Shown: positions 24,359 through 37,483 of the stretch, in pieces
Layout: each line of letters begins with the position of its first letter
Position numbering within the stretch: position 1 is the stretch's first letter
Assembly (NCBI GenBank): GCA_951406725.2
Contig: OX597815.1
Location: forward strand, 39,246,001 to 39,310,000
Length of the DNA stretch: 64,000 nucleotides
Source: Octopus vulgaris
Taxonomy: Eukaryota
Reading direction: 5' to 3'
Notes under the pieces: generated by a model
Told to the model about the DNA's origin: nothing
The model's database searches: none
What the model saw: the letters and a program-made list of their open reading frames with translations, nothing else
Made by a program: the position numbers and the translations under genes

Positions 24359-26943
24359 ATGGTGGTGTCATTGTGTTCCATGAAAGATGAATTCTTTAGA
24401 TTAATATTTTCCATATTTCTTGTCATAGTGTCTGTAAATTCTCTATTAATATTCCTTACATGCAGTTTAAACAGTTTTTCTGCTGGTATCATCACTTAAC
24501 ATCTGTCTTCCATCTGGGCTGAATGGCTTGACAGGAGCTGACAAAACTAGGGCTCACACCAGGTTCCATAGTTTGTTTTGGCTTGGTTTGTACTAATTCT
24601 ATGAACACTGAAACAACAATACTGCAAAACCTACTTCCACATCCTTGAGGTTCCCACCAGTGTCACTTATCCACTCACCTGTGCTACATGCTGTCTCCCC
24701 AATGTATATCCTGTCCTGTTTCTGCACTGTCCCTCAGTATACTTTATACTATAAACTACAAGACTAGTTTTACAGTTTATCTGTGGATTCACTCTGCATA
24801 CTATACAGTTGCCATCTGTACAGGGGGGGGTCTCTTTCCATTCTTAACACATGCTAGAAAAACAGAATGATTCAGTTAATAAACTCAGTATAGAAACAGT
24901 ACTAAGATACATAACTGAATCAGTTTGCATATGAGAACATGAACTCAATCACTGGGATAACACACAGGAAATGCACAGAAGAAAAAGTGGAATAATGGTT
25001 ATAATATATAAAGCTGTTAACTGATAAATGAATGTAACCTAGAAGACACAAATGATGGCCAATGTCAGAGTCAGCATAAATGTAACAATTCCATGTGTTT
25101 AAAAATTCAAGAAAGAAATAGGAATATTAAACCTAAGGTCAATAAAAACAGGACATTTCAAACAGATATGGTTGAACTGTGTCAGTGACTAAGTTACAGT
25201 TGTGTGACCAAAAGTGTCTCTTTTATGAAGTAGTTGATCACACACACACAAATATAGATGAATAGGTGTCTGTATGCGTGTGCATATGTTTATGTATTTT
25301 TATAGGTATGTTTAAGTGCAGGCATGAATGTGTGATTAACTTTGCTTCAGAAACACCTAGTTTCAGGTTCAGTCACACATCTTGATATCTTGGGCAAGTG
25401 TTTTCTACTGTAACACCTTGCTAAGCAAAGCCTTGTGAGTAATTTTGGTTGGTGGAGTCTGAAAGAAGCCCATCATAATATATATATCATCATTATTATT
25501 TTAACATCCACATTTGACATTAGGAAGGGCATCCAGCTGTAGAAACTCTGCCAGATCAAGATTGAAGCCTGGTGCAGCCATCTGGTTCGCCAGCCCTCGG
25601 TCATATGTCCAGCCCATGCTAGCATGGAAAGCGGACATTAAACAATGATGATGATTTCCATACTTGCAAGAATCAGACAGAATTCACTGAAGCAGATTTT
25701 TCTGCAGCAGTATACCCTTCTTGTCATTAACTCTCACCTGTTCTAACGTTTCCCCTTGGCCAGAAATGTTTTCATGGAAGTCTCGATCCAAAGGACATTA
25801 CTTATCTGATAGCAACACTCATTTACAATTATCACACAATGTCGAAACAAGGAGGTACTTGCACATTCACACAAATTTAGTCCTTACACACACTCACATA
25901 ATTCAGTTTCCATTTACAAAATCCATTCACAAAATATTAGTGGTCAGCTCAAGGCTATTATGACACTTGTCCATGATGCCATGCAGTGGGACTGAACTTG
26001 AAACCATGTAGATGAGAAGCAAATTTCTTATCCACACAGCTATGCTTTCATCTATGTTTGTGTATGTGTTTGTTCCTCTTTGTCTTGACATCAAATCTTC
26101 CATGAAAACATGTCTGGTCATGAGGAAATATTACCTTGCATGGAAACAAGTGAGGGGAAGGGCCTCCAGCTGTAGAAAATCTACCTCAATTCCATCTGAT
26201 CATTGTGAGAATGCAGTTAGAAATGTTGTCTGGTTATAGTACTGCTGATGATGCTCTCTTCATAGAAAGATAACTGCAAGAGAAAATCTTTATCTAACAA
26301 CAGTAAGCCCCTCTTCCTTTCTTATGTTGATCTGATGATGGACCTTTGACAAAGTACCACACTTTGTAGTCTGGTTGCTTTTAAGAAAAATAAGTGCAGA
26401 TGAATATCTTGTGAGAGTAACATAAGATATGCACAGATAGTCAGCAAAGTGAGAGCTAGATATGCTTTATTTGAATGACTTTATTTTAATCAGTTCTAAT
26501 TCATTTATTATTTCCTTTACTTGTTTCGGTCATTAGACTGCAGCCATGCTAGAGCACTGTCTTGAGCTGAGGCAATGCCAACATTCAGTTGACTTTTTAA
26601 ATATTCATTTATTTTATAACTGATCCTCTCTGTGGTATTTGTTATCCATTGTATAGTTCCCAAAGTTTATTTCTGTTGGAAGATCAGTTAAATTAAACTT
26701 GGAGGTTTTCCTGCATCAATAAAACTCTCTCTCCACCCTCACCCTCCATATATGTATGTATATGGTAGAGGAAGTTTTATTGATGCAAGCATAGTATAGC
26801 CACAGATGCAGCTGTGTGATACCTTGGGCTTGTATTGTCTACTAAAGCCCTGGGCCAACCAGTGCTTCAGTGCCTTAAGAGTGAATTTGTTTTAATGAAG
26901 ACTCAAAAAACCCCTTTGCCTTTTTATATATATATATATATAT

Positions 26944-27246
26944 AAAAGAATTTTTTGTGTAATGAGATAAAAAAAAGCAAGGCTGTATAGATATTAGAGC
27001 ATTTATAGATAGAAGGTCTTACAGCTGTTTCTAGGATATTAATTAATAATATCCCTTCATCGTAGACAGTGTGAGAGGAAAAATTAAGGAAAAATGCCGC
27101 TGATATAGAACCAATGTTGAACCCTTTATTCGCAATATTACTGTATCTGGAACTTAACTATGGTCTGTCTATAGCACTTATTCAGCATTACCTGACACCT
27201 TTGGGTCTCAATGACATCATTATCTCTTATAACCTCAACTTCTCGC
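26944..27246. mobile_element. Penelope-like fragment between (TA)n tracts
   Basis: Hammerhead-like motif on the - strand, plus a short + strand peptide LIQHYLTPLGLND (27177..27215) resembling the PxGLN end of PLE GIY-YIG endonucleases. Confidence 0.4.
27016..27067 (-). ncRNA. Degenerate hammerhead-like motif
   Basis: Minus strand GUCU-ACGAUGA-A-GGGAUAUU-AUUAAUU-AAUAUCCU-A-GAAA-CAGCUG-U-A-AGAC. Stems I and II and the palindrome ACAGCUGU are present, but the core C3U4 reads AC. Confidence 0.45.
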
Positions 27247-28707
27247 TATATATATATAGTGTAAATGTATATGTTTAATATAATGTTGACTGTTGGAAAA
27301 AAGTCATAACCTGTTTGGAAACTCTGTGTACCCACAGTTGAAACTCAGAGAAGTTAAAGATTGACTCAACCATAATAAGTATGTGTAAGTTTATGTGTAT
27401 CCTTGTCTTGACATCATGTGATGGTTGTAAACAAGCATCACCATCATGCCAGCAGTGTTGTTCATTTCCAGCCCTCCGTGAAAAACATGTCTGGCCAAGG
27501 AGAAATATTATTTTGTTTGGAAACAGGTGAAGGTTGGCAACAGGAAGGGTATCCGACCCTAGAAAATCTGCCTCAGCATATTACATTTAAGCCATACAGG
27601 TATGAAAAAGTGGATGCTAAATGATATATTTGTGCAAAAATCTTGTACTAAAATCTCAGTGTTACTCAGACCTTGTCAGTAAAATTAGGTTAGCAAAAGT
27701 TCTTTGAAATCACATCGGAACTTGTAACATATTTTTATTCCGAAGCATAGTGTTGGGGTAGAAGTGTCTGTAGAACATAGCCACTTAAATTATACATCAA
27801 TTAGCTAGTAGTTTTTTTAATTAAACAACTAAAACACTTGTTTGTTGAAATCCACAAAGTAGTCCAACATTATCTTATTTGAGAACTGAGCACTTTGACT
27901 ATAAACAATATATAACAATATGAATCCAAAACATTTCAGATTAAATCAGTAAAATACAACAACAAGGAACTTTGATTAAGATTGGTTAAGATTGACCTAA
28001 AAAAAATTAGACTAACGCAGGAAGTGGCTAACAGATTTGGCAATTTATCAAAAGGTAACCCAAACATTGCTACCCAGTAGATTTAACATGTAAAAACAAA
28101 CAAAACTAAAAATGATTGGGCAGTTTAAGAGACAATGAATTGCTTGTCTGAAAAGCTTAAAATAATGTGCCATTCATGGCTATATACTAAGTGCTCCAAT
28201 ATTAATACATGAACAAAACAATGGTTTGTTTGTGAAGGAAGTTTAAAATAACAAATCTGTTTTTCTAACTTAAGACTAGATAGCCACTTCTTCAGTGTAG
28301 TTTAAAACAAATATGAATGTCTGCAATAGGATATTTCTGTTTTCTGTTAGGTATTAACAAATTTTGATTGTACACTAATTCTATTTTGTTTACGTTATTT
28401 GTCTGTGCTGTACTTGTTGTGTAATGAGCAGGTGACAGTGGCTTAGTGGCAACTTATTTGAACAGGAACCTTATGAGGATGTAAACTTAAACTGGAGAAT
28501 TGAAAAGGATATTTGAGATACCAAAGTGTCTCAAGAAAACAATAGTGGCTATTAAGGAAACTTGAATTGCACTTTAAAATAATTATAGAGAATGAGCTTG
28601 CAGTTCTAGGTGATAGCAAACGGTGATGACCAAACGCACTTCCACCATCTGCAATAGATTTTAACCAAATTTGAAAAAGTTATGGATACACCAGATACAA
28701 TGCAGAT

Positions 28708-29120
28708 AGGTGCAGGAGTGGCTGTGTGGTAAGTAGCTTGCTTACCAACCACATGGTTCCAGGTTCAGTCCCACTGCGTGGCATCTTGGGCAAGTGTCTT
28801 CTGCTATAGCCCAGGGCCAACCAATGCCTTGTGAGTGGATTTGGTAGACGGAAACTGAAAGAAGCCTGTCGTATATATGTACATATATATATATGTATGT
28901 GTGTGTATATGTTTGTGTGTCTGTGTTTGTCCCCTTAGCATTGCTTGACAACCGATGCTGGTGTGTTTGTCCCCGTCACTTAGCGGTTCGGCAAAAGAGA
29001 CCGATAGAATAAGTACTGGGCTTACAAAGAATAAGTCCTGGGGTCGATTTGCTCGACTAAAGGCGGTGCTCCAGCATGGCCGCAGTCAAATGACTGAAAC
29101 AAGTAAAAGAGTAACGAGTA
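28708..29120 (+). mobile_element. SINE family A, full-length
   Basis: Same head, core and tail as 17255..17668 in the opposite orientation. Confidence 0.9.
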
Positions 29121-29576
29121 ACTGAAATATTTATTGTCTACAAATGCAAAGTATTATGATGTATACTGAATATTCTGTATCAGTCATCATGATTCTATGT
29201 CTATTCTTCCATGCTAACATTGGTTGGACGGATAATTATGATCAGAGTTCCTATGTGGGCTTATTGTGTTTCTTAAAAAGGGTTGGGAACAATTTCTTAT
29301 TCACACATTCCATTTTTGCCATAGTTTCTGTACTTAGATCCTTTTTCTAATACCAACCACTTTACAGAATATATTGGATGCATATTATTGTAGCACCAAC
29401 ACCCTAGAAGTTGTCTTTTCCCTAGCAATATTAATGAGTTCTCTACATTGTCTCCATTCATTAGCCAACCACTTTACAGAGTTTACTGGATACAATTTAA
29501 ATAGGTACTAGCACTAGAGTTTATGCGTCTCTAGCCAGACTAAGAAGTATTCTCTACCTTACACTGTCTCTATTTC

Positions 29577-30205
29577 ATCATCATTGTTTAACGTCCGCTT
29601 TCCATGCTAGCATGGGTTGGACGATTTGACTGAGGACTGGCGAACCAGATGGCTGCACCAGGCTCCAATCTTGATCTGGCAGAGTTTCTACAGCTTGATG
29701 CTCTTCCCAACGCCAACCACTCTGAGAGTGTAGTGGGTGCTTTTATGTGCCACCGGCACGAGGGCCAGTGAGGCGATACTGGTGACGGCCACGCTCAAAT
29801 GGTGTTTTTTACGTACCACCTGCACAGGAGCTAGTCCAGCAGCACTGTCAACAACCTTGCTCAAATGTTTTTTCACATGCCACCAAGGCAATGCTGGTAA
29901 CGATCATGCTCAAATGGTGCTTTTTATGTGCCACCGGCATGGAAGCCAGTTAGCCGCTTTCGCAACAATCGTGCTTGTATGGTGCTCTTAGCGCTCCACT
30001 AGCACAGATGCCAGTCATCGAATTTGATTTCGATTTCACCTGCCTCAACAGGTCTTCGCAAGTAGAGTTTAGTGTCCAATGAAGGAAAGGTATGCATAAG
30101 TGGGCTGGTTCCACCCCTGGCATAGGCCACGAGATTATGGTCTCATTTGGTTTGCCAGGTCTTCTCAATCACAGCATATTTCCAAAAAAAGTCTCGGTCA
30201 CTAGT
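29577..30205 (-). mobile_element. 5'-truncated RTE 3'UTR copy with internal ~60-bp tandem units
   Basis: Tail catcatcattgtttaacgtccgctttccatgctagcatggg; repeated ggtgcttttatgtgccaccggcac; the distal end matches the RTE ORF end at ~54920-54970. Confidence 0.85.
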
Positions 30206-30509
30206 CAAAGTCTCTATTTGCTTGATGTAATTGAGACAGTGAATAAAAGAGAGAGAGAGTAACAAGAGAGAAACGGTGACAGTGAATGGATGATAGAAGA
30301 GGGTGTAATGGAAGAGAGACTGATAAACATGTATATTGTGGTTGTTGGTAAAGAGCTTGACTAAAAAAATAACATGAAAAGTGTAATGGAGGAAGAGAGA
30401 GTGATTGGCAGAAGTGAGAAATTTGGTGATGCAATTGGGAGTAATAGAAGTTTTATGAGATGAAAGAAAGAAACTAATGGGTGTCTGTGGTGAGTGATAG
30501 AGGGAGTAC

Positions 30510-30544
<35 letters not shown>

Positions 30545-32187
30545 AACATAAAAGGAAAAGAGTGATGGGTCTCAAAGATGAGAGATTAATGGATGTCAAT
30601 AATGGAAGATAGAGGGGGGGATGAAGGAGCAAGAGCAAGAGAGAGAATGTGTGTGTGTGTGTGTGTAATGGTTATCAGTATAAAAGGGTGATGGTAGTGG
30701 AATTAAATATGGACAGTTTTAATATCTCAGACATTGTATTGGGGGGGGGGATAGTGTTAAGGGAGTACAGTGGTAAATGAGAAGGTAACAAAGAAAAAGG
30801 GAAGGGTGTTGGATAAAAACTTAACATAAACATAATGGGTGAGAGAGACTGTTATGTAGATATTATGCAATAAACCTCTATTGCCACTACCATTTTTATG
30901 TCCCTTTTGCCATGTTCTCTCAAGATAGATGAATCTTTTCCAGCAAAATGTTTCGCAAGTTGCTGCTGTTTTTTGTCTTATGTGAAGTTCAATCTCTTGA
31001 AATCAGTTTTCACCACTTGGTCCCATATCTTCCTAGTTTGCAAACACTTGGAGTACATAGCACTTCTTTTGCAACCAGCATTTTCCATATCCATCTTGGC
31101 TTTAAAATATTGCCATTCTATGTTTGAAGTGCATGTTAAAGTCAACATTTAAAATTGCTGTTTTGAATTTTACGCTAACCAGTGATTTATGCCTGCTTAG
31201 GCCCTATGATTCTATGTGTATCACTAACAGAAATTGCTGCTATGTCCAGCACCTGAGCATCTACCATTGACAAGGCTACAGAAGGCCGAAATTATGTGAT
31301 CTGGTAGTCTCAGCAGTGGCAATGGTGGATGATTTATCTCCTCACTAGTAATGTAAAAAAGAGTGCTTATATGCACCAAAAGCCAATACATGAGTTTCTC
31401 TCATGGTAACTTATCACGGTATCCTATGTTCTAACACAACATCCACTTTTAAGTGGAGATAAATATTACCTTTTTGTATTAATACTGCTTCTTTTGCCAA
31501 TATTTTTTTTTTTTGTAGTAGGATGAGTAGGGCAATGTACCTCATACATAGAAATGGTGTTGTTAGTGATTATATATGTAGATGTATGTGTATGTATGAA
31601 TATATATAGATAGCTGTATCAGCTTAATTTCATGTCCATATTGCTATACTGAATTGTTATGGGTTAGGCAACTCCCATTACTTATTGTGGTCTGCATCAT
31701 ATGACACACAGCAACGGAGAAAATGGGCCGTTTTAGTTGCTATGTATTTCTTAGAGTGCAGGCCGGATGCATTTTATTATAAAAATCAGTGCTCTTGAGG
31801 TTTTCCTAAGCATAAGGGCTAAAGAGTTCTCTCTGTTCTCTATCAATTCTTATTTACTGGTCATCCTAGATTGGTAGCATCAGATGTAACAGACAGAATC
31901 TTCATTCCATTTATATGTTCCATTTTGGGGGAACGTGATTTCTGTGACTAGATGCCTTCCTGGGGAGAACTTGGTCATGGCAAAGAAATTTTGTATTCCA
32001 TTTTAAATATAGTTTGATGCTGAAAACACTGCTCTGTTGTGGTTTTTTTGTCTCATCACCCAGCATTGTCTAGCACACAGCAACAAAGAAAAAAAGCCTA
32101 CTGTAAGTACTGAGGTCAATTCATTGGGCTAAATGTTCTAGTGCCCCAGCATGCCTGTAGTCCAATGACTGAAACAGATAAAAGATA

Positions 32188-32420
32188 TACTCTCTCTTTT
32201 ACTCTTTACTCTTTTACTTGTTTCAGTCATTTGACTGCGGCCATGCTGGAGCACCGCCTTTAGTCGAGCAAATCGACCCCGGGACTTATTCTTTGTAAGC
32301 CCAGCACTTATTCTATCGGTCTCTTTTGCCGAACCGCTAAGTGACGGGGATGTAAACACACCAGCATCGGTTGTCAAGCAATGCTAGGGGGACAAACACA
32401 GACACACAAACATATACACA

Positions 32421-32468
<48 letters not shown>

Positions 32469-32640
32469 TATATATACGACAGGCTTCTTTCAGTTTCCGT
32501 CTACCAAATGCACTCACAAGGCATTGGTTGGCCCGGGGCTATAGCAGAAGACACTTACCCAAGATGCCACGCAGTGGGACTGAACCCGGAACCATGTGGT
32601 TGGTAAGCAAGCTACTTACCACACAGCCACTCCTGCGCCT
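32188..32640 (-). mobile_element. SINE family A, full-length
   Basis: Same consensus; sits tail-to-tail with an older + strand tail remnant at ~32105..32187. Confidence 0.9.
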
Positions 32641-33081
32641 ATACATAGAGAAACTCTTAAAATGAATCGTTTTTTTCTATTATTATATAAATTTAGGCAG
32701 TCATAAAAAAAAGACATATTTTCTTTTTGCTCATTTAATTCAGAGTAAACCCATTTATTTTTTTTTTCTCTCTTTGTCCAGAGATAGATTTAACAGTAAT
32801 TATATCTTCATTTAGTTATGACACTTCTCATATAATTGACACAACCTAAATGATGTATATGGGAAGATATATAATCATGAAAAATGGGAGAGGCTAGATC
32901 ATGATCTTACAAATTTGTATGCTGGTATAGCTGTATTTTTACAAAGTTCACTTGACAACCACATGGGTCTAGGTTTGATCCCAATTTGTGATACTTTGGA
33001 CAAGCGTGTGGGTGGGAGTAAAGGGAGCGAGTTGTAGCCTTGTAAGAAAAATTTTGATTGAAGCATTGTAGAATGCTGTTT

Positions 33082-33454
33082 TATTCTTTTACACTTTTAC
33101 TTGTTTCACTCATTTGACTGTGGCCATGCTGGAGCACCGCCTTTAGTCAAACAAACTGACCTCAGGACTTATTCTTTGTAAGCCTAGTACTTATTCTATC
33201 AGTCTCTTTTGCCAAACTGCTAAGTTACAGGGATGTAAAATTGGTTGTCAGACGATGGTGGGAGGGATAAACACACACAAATACATACACACACACACAG
33301 GCTTCTTTCAGTTTCCGTCTACCAAACTCACTCACTAAGGCTTTGGTCGGCCCGAGGCTATAGTAGAAGACAATGGCCCAAGGTGTCACACAGTGTGACC
33401 CAGAGCCATATGGTTGGGAAGCAAGCTTCTTACCACACAGCCATTCCTGCACCT
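33082..33454 (-). mobile_element. SINE family A, moderately diverged
   Basis: Same consensus with small deletions. Confidence 0.85.
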
Positions 33455-33811
33455 ATTGTGTATTATATAATTTGTGCGCATGCTTGAGTGCTTCTGTCTG
33501 TGTTATACCATTGTAAAACGACTCATCAAACTGCATTTGTTTATGTCAAAAGGTTACTTAATTATGCAATAGATAATGATCAGTAAAATAAGTACTGGGT
33601 TTAATATAATTGACTGAACTCTTGAAGGGTTTTAGTCAATCATACCAATGCCAGTACTTTTTCTTTTTACTGATTTCAGTAAAAGAGTTGACCATAAATG
33701 TTTTTACTTCTCTCCCTGGTTGTGTGGGTTTTACATGATGGAAGGGTTTGCACTCAGCACTCCACAGTGATATATTGATCAAAATATAAAATATCCTTTT
33801 GGTGTGTGTGT

Positions 33812-33842
<31 letters not shown>

Positions 33843-33897
33843 TTAGACAGAGCATGAGTGTAACTTTTAATTACATTCATTCATTCATTTACATTCA

Positions 33898-34286
33898 TTT
33901 ACTTGTTTCAGTCATTTGACTGCGGCCATGCTGGAGCAGCACCTTTAGTCGAGGAAATCGACCCCATTTTTTATCCTTTGTAAGCCTAGTACTTATTCTA
34001 TCAGTCTCTTTTGCTGAACCGCTAAGTTACAGGGACGTAAACACACCAGCATCGGTTGTCAAGCGATGTTCGGGGAGGGGGCAAACACAACACACAAACA
34101 TACACATATATATATATATACATATATACGAAGGGCTTCTTTCAGTTTCCATCTACCAAGTCCACTCACAAGGCTTTGGTCAGCCCAAGGCTATAGCAGA
34201 AGACACTTGCCCAAGGTGCCACGCAGTGGGACTGAACCCGGAACCATGTGGTTCGTAAGCAAGCTACTTACCACACAGCCACTCCT
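33898..34286 (-). mobile_element. SINE family A
   Basis: Same consensus; (ATTC)n adjacent to the tail. Confidence 0.88.
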
Positions 34287-34826
34287 AGATGAGAAATATG
34301 TTATATTTTCAGCAACTGAATTGCACCTCCACTTGGTACTTGTTTTATCAGGGATAAAGGAACGATAGATATTGTGAAATGTTTCTGTTTTCTTCATGCT
34401 GTTATTTGGTGGGCCCAACAGTAGAAGAACATGGAGAAAATAATCAGGCTGCTGGAATTTTTTTAAGGTAGATAGTGAAAAAGGATATGGTTGCAGACAG
34501 AGCGTTTCTGAGATAAAATCCATTGCAGGGCAGGAAGTTTGCTTATTTCAGCTTAGGATACATAATTCTTCACTCTTTTGGTGTACGTAACCACTGGAAA
34601 TAAGTACCACACCATTTAGGAATGTTACCTGCTTATTGTTTGGAAATCTATCTGTAGGATTGAAAGGATTTGTCTTATTTTATCTAACACTAGGAAACTT
34701 GCAAGTGTCTTTTACTGTGGTCTTGGCTCAGCCAATCCCTTGTGAGAAAAATCAGTAGACCAAAAACTATATAAAAGCTCATCCCTCTCTCTTTCTTTCC
34801 CATATACATACATATAAATGTATAAG

Positions 34827-34882
<56 letters not shown>

Positions 34883-36124
34883 TGCTATATGATCAAAAGT
34901 ATCTGGACATCCAGCAAAACATGTATTTATCATAGAGGGTGATTCCTTAGATCACAGAGGATTCCACAGTACTACCACTTACCATGCAGAACACATGGTC
35001 AGTGATTTCAGACAGCACTAGGCAGCAGAATGGGATGCTCTGTAGAACTAACAGACTTTCAAAGCAGTCAGGTGGTCAGGTACCACTTGTCTACTAAGCC
35101 TGTGTGTGAGATTTCCACCCTCCTAACTATCCCTAGGTCCACTGTTTCCAATGTAATAGTAGAGTGGAAAAGTGAAGGGATGTGTACAACCCAAAAGCAT
35201 CCGAGCCAACCTCCTATGTTAACCCCTAGAGACCATCAAGTGTTGAAGAGAGTCGTACAGCATAATTGTCTATCATCCCTCACCACCATTTCACAAGAAT
35301 TCCACACTGCAGCAGGATCTATTTTGTTTGTCATGAGGTGCAGAAACTTGGTTTTCATAGAAGAGCAGCTGCCTATAAGCCACACATCACAGAGACAAAT
35401 GCCTATCACCACCTTGCATGGTATAAAAGAGCATTGAAACTAAACTAGAGCACCATGGAAAACTGTTGTGTGGAATGATGAATGAAGGTACACAATGTGG
35501 CAATCCAATGGTAGAGCGTGGTTGTGGCAAATAGCTGGGGAATGATATGCAGCAGCCTGTATAGTGCTGAGGGAAATTCAGCAATGATGAGGGTCATGGT
35601 TTGGTCATGTTTCTCCTGGAGGGAGCTTGGCCCCTTGTTGCTTTATGTGGCACTGTCACAACACAAGCTTACACTGACAGTTTAACCACTTTCATGTTGA
35701 CTACTGTTCATGACCAGTTTGGGGTTGACCATTGTGTCTTTCAACATGACCGAGCACCCATCCATACTGCAGAGGTTGTAGGGAAGTGGTTTGATGGCAT
35801 CAACATCTCACTAATGGACTGGCCTGTGTAGAGTCCTGATTTAAATTTCATCAACATCTCTGGAGTATATTGGAATGTCAACCTTGTGCTAAACTGCACC
35901 AACCCACATCGATACTCTTGCACATTTCAGTTCCACGGAGAATGGACTGCCATTCCCCAAGAAACTTTTTGTCACCTGACTGAAAGTATGCCTGCGGGAG
36001 TAGAGGCTGTCATCAAGGATAAGGGTGGGCCCACCATATTGACTGCCAGTGTTCCCAATAGAGGTTGGCCCAAACTTGTACTTTGTTATCAGGTGGGTGT
36101 CTGGATACTTTTGATCACATTGTG
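34883..36124 (+). mobile_element. Tc1-family DNA transposon, decayed, both TIRs present
   Basis: Imperfect TIRs ctatatgatcaaaagtatctggaca / tgtctggatacttttgatcacattg. Broken transposase: HTH region (ELTDFQ...EISTLLTIPRSTVSNVIVEWK), WNDE, FQHDRAPIH, WPV*SPDLN; stops and frameshifts. Confidence 0.92.
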
Positions 36125-37315
36125 TGTTTGTGTATGCTTGCATGTACATGTGTATTTATGTGTGATTGTTTAAATCCGTCACTTTGCTAGAAAAGCAGTG
36201 TGCAAAAAATTGTGTTTGTTAACATTCCCTGGCCACGAATTATTTGTTAGCTCTGCTGTCTAACTTGGGAAGTGGGTTAGTGATTGTAACAGGAAGGACT
36301 TCTGACTATAAAAATATCTCAATATATACATTCATCCAACCTGTGCTTGCATAGGGAAACGGATGTTAAACAAATGAATTAAACTGGCTGTACACATTTG
36401 CTTTCCCAAACCCTTTCAGACTTTATAAATCTTGTAGTTATTCAGATTTAAAGCTATTGAATGCAGCCTTGCCTCCTAAAAGCTTTGTTTGTTAGTTCTT
36501 CCTACAAGGCATTTTCAGAAATTTTAGGTCGATGAGATTGAGTTGAAAAAATTTATAATCTGAAATTTAAACAGAAATCAAAATTCAATTTAAAATAATG
36601 TGTTTGAATTGTAAAATCTTTTTAATTTAATTACATTTCATTCAAATCTCCTTTTAAATGATTGTTGAAATTTCAAGTTTTTTCTTAAATAAATAAATAA
36701 ATTTTAAAAAATTGATTTGGAAAAACATTTTATAATCAAAACCTCTATAGAAGGTGGTGAACTAGCAGAATTGTTAACATACTGAAAAAGTGCTTTGCAG
36801 CATTTCTACTGACTTTTCATTCCAAGTTCAAATGCCACTGAGGTTGACTTTGCTCTGCATCCTTTTAGGGTCAGTAAAATAAGTACAAATTGCATACTGA
36901 TGTCAACGTAATCAACAAGCTCCCCTTCACTAAAATTTCATGTCTTGAGCCTGTAGTGCAGAGAATTGGAAGTTCCATACGAAATTACCCATTTATGTAT
37001 GAATGGCAACCAATAATGATGAGCATAATTGTTCAGTTTTAAATTCATTGCATGGAACTCTGTTGTTAAAAGTTACATTAAAATAGTTGTTGCTACAAGG
37101 CTTTTCACCATCATCATCATCATCATACCTCCATCCCCCATACTGGCATGAGTTAAGCAGTTTGACAGGATCCAGTAGGTCTAAGAAATGCCATCACATT
37201 CCAATGTCTGCTTTGGTATAGTTTCTTTGACTGAATGACTTTTCTTATGTTATGCTTTTCCTACCGCTTTTATTTTTTATAATAAAACAAAATTTTGAAA
37301 AAGTTAAAAAAAACC

Positions 37316-37483
37316 CAGAAAATATCTGAAATTTTAACAAGAACTTGACTCAAAATTAAGAAAATAGAATAAAAAAATTAGTTAAATTCATGATGATGAT
37401 GATGATGATGAATTTAACTAAATTTTTTATTCTATTTTCTTAATTTTGAGTCAAGTTCTTGTTAAAATTTCAGATATTTTCTG
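37316..37483. repeat. Near-perfect palindrome, 76-bp arms around (GAT)n
   Basis: 37316..37391 is the reverse complement of 37408..37483 with one mismatch seen; weaker extension to ~37298/37505. Confidence 0.95.

Noticed and set aside
24280-24499. Poly-V/poly-L and poly-T/poly-N ORFs resembling membrane proteins
   Set aside because: These are translations of (ATT)n(AGT)n microsatellites.
27830-28700. Possible decayed coding sequence or DNA transposon
   Set aside because: The composition is suggestive, but no motif, TIR or open frame was recognised.
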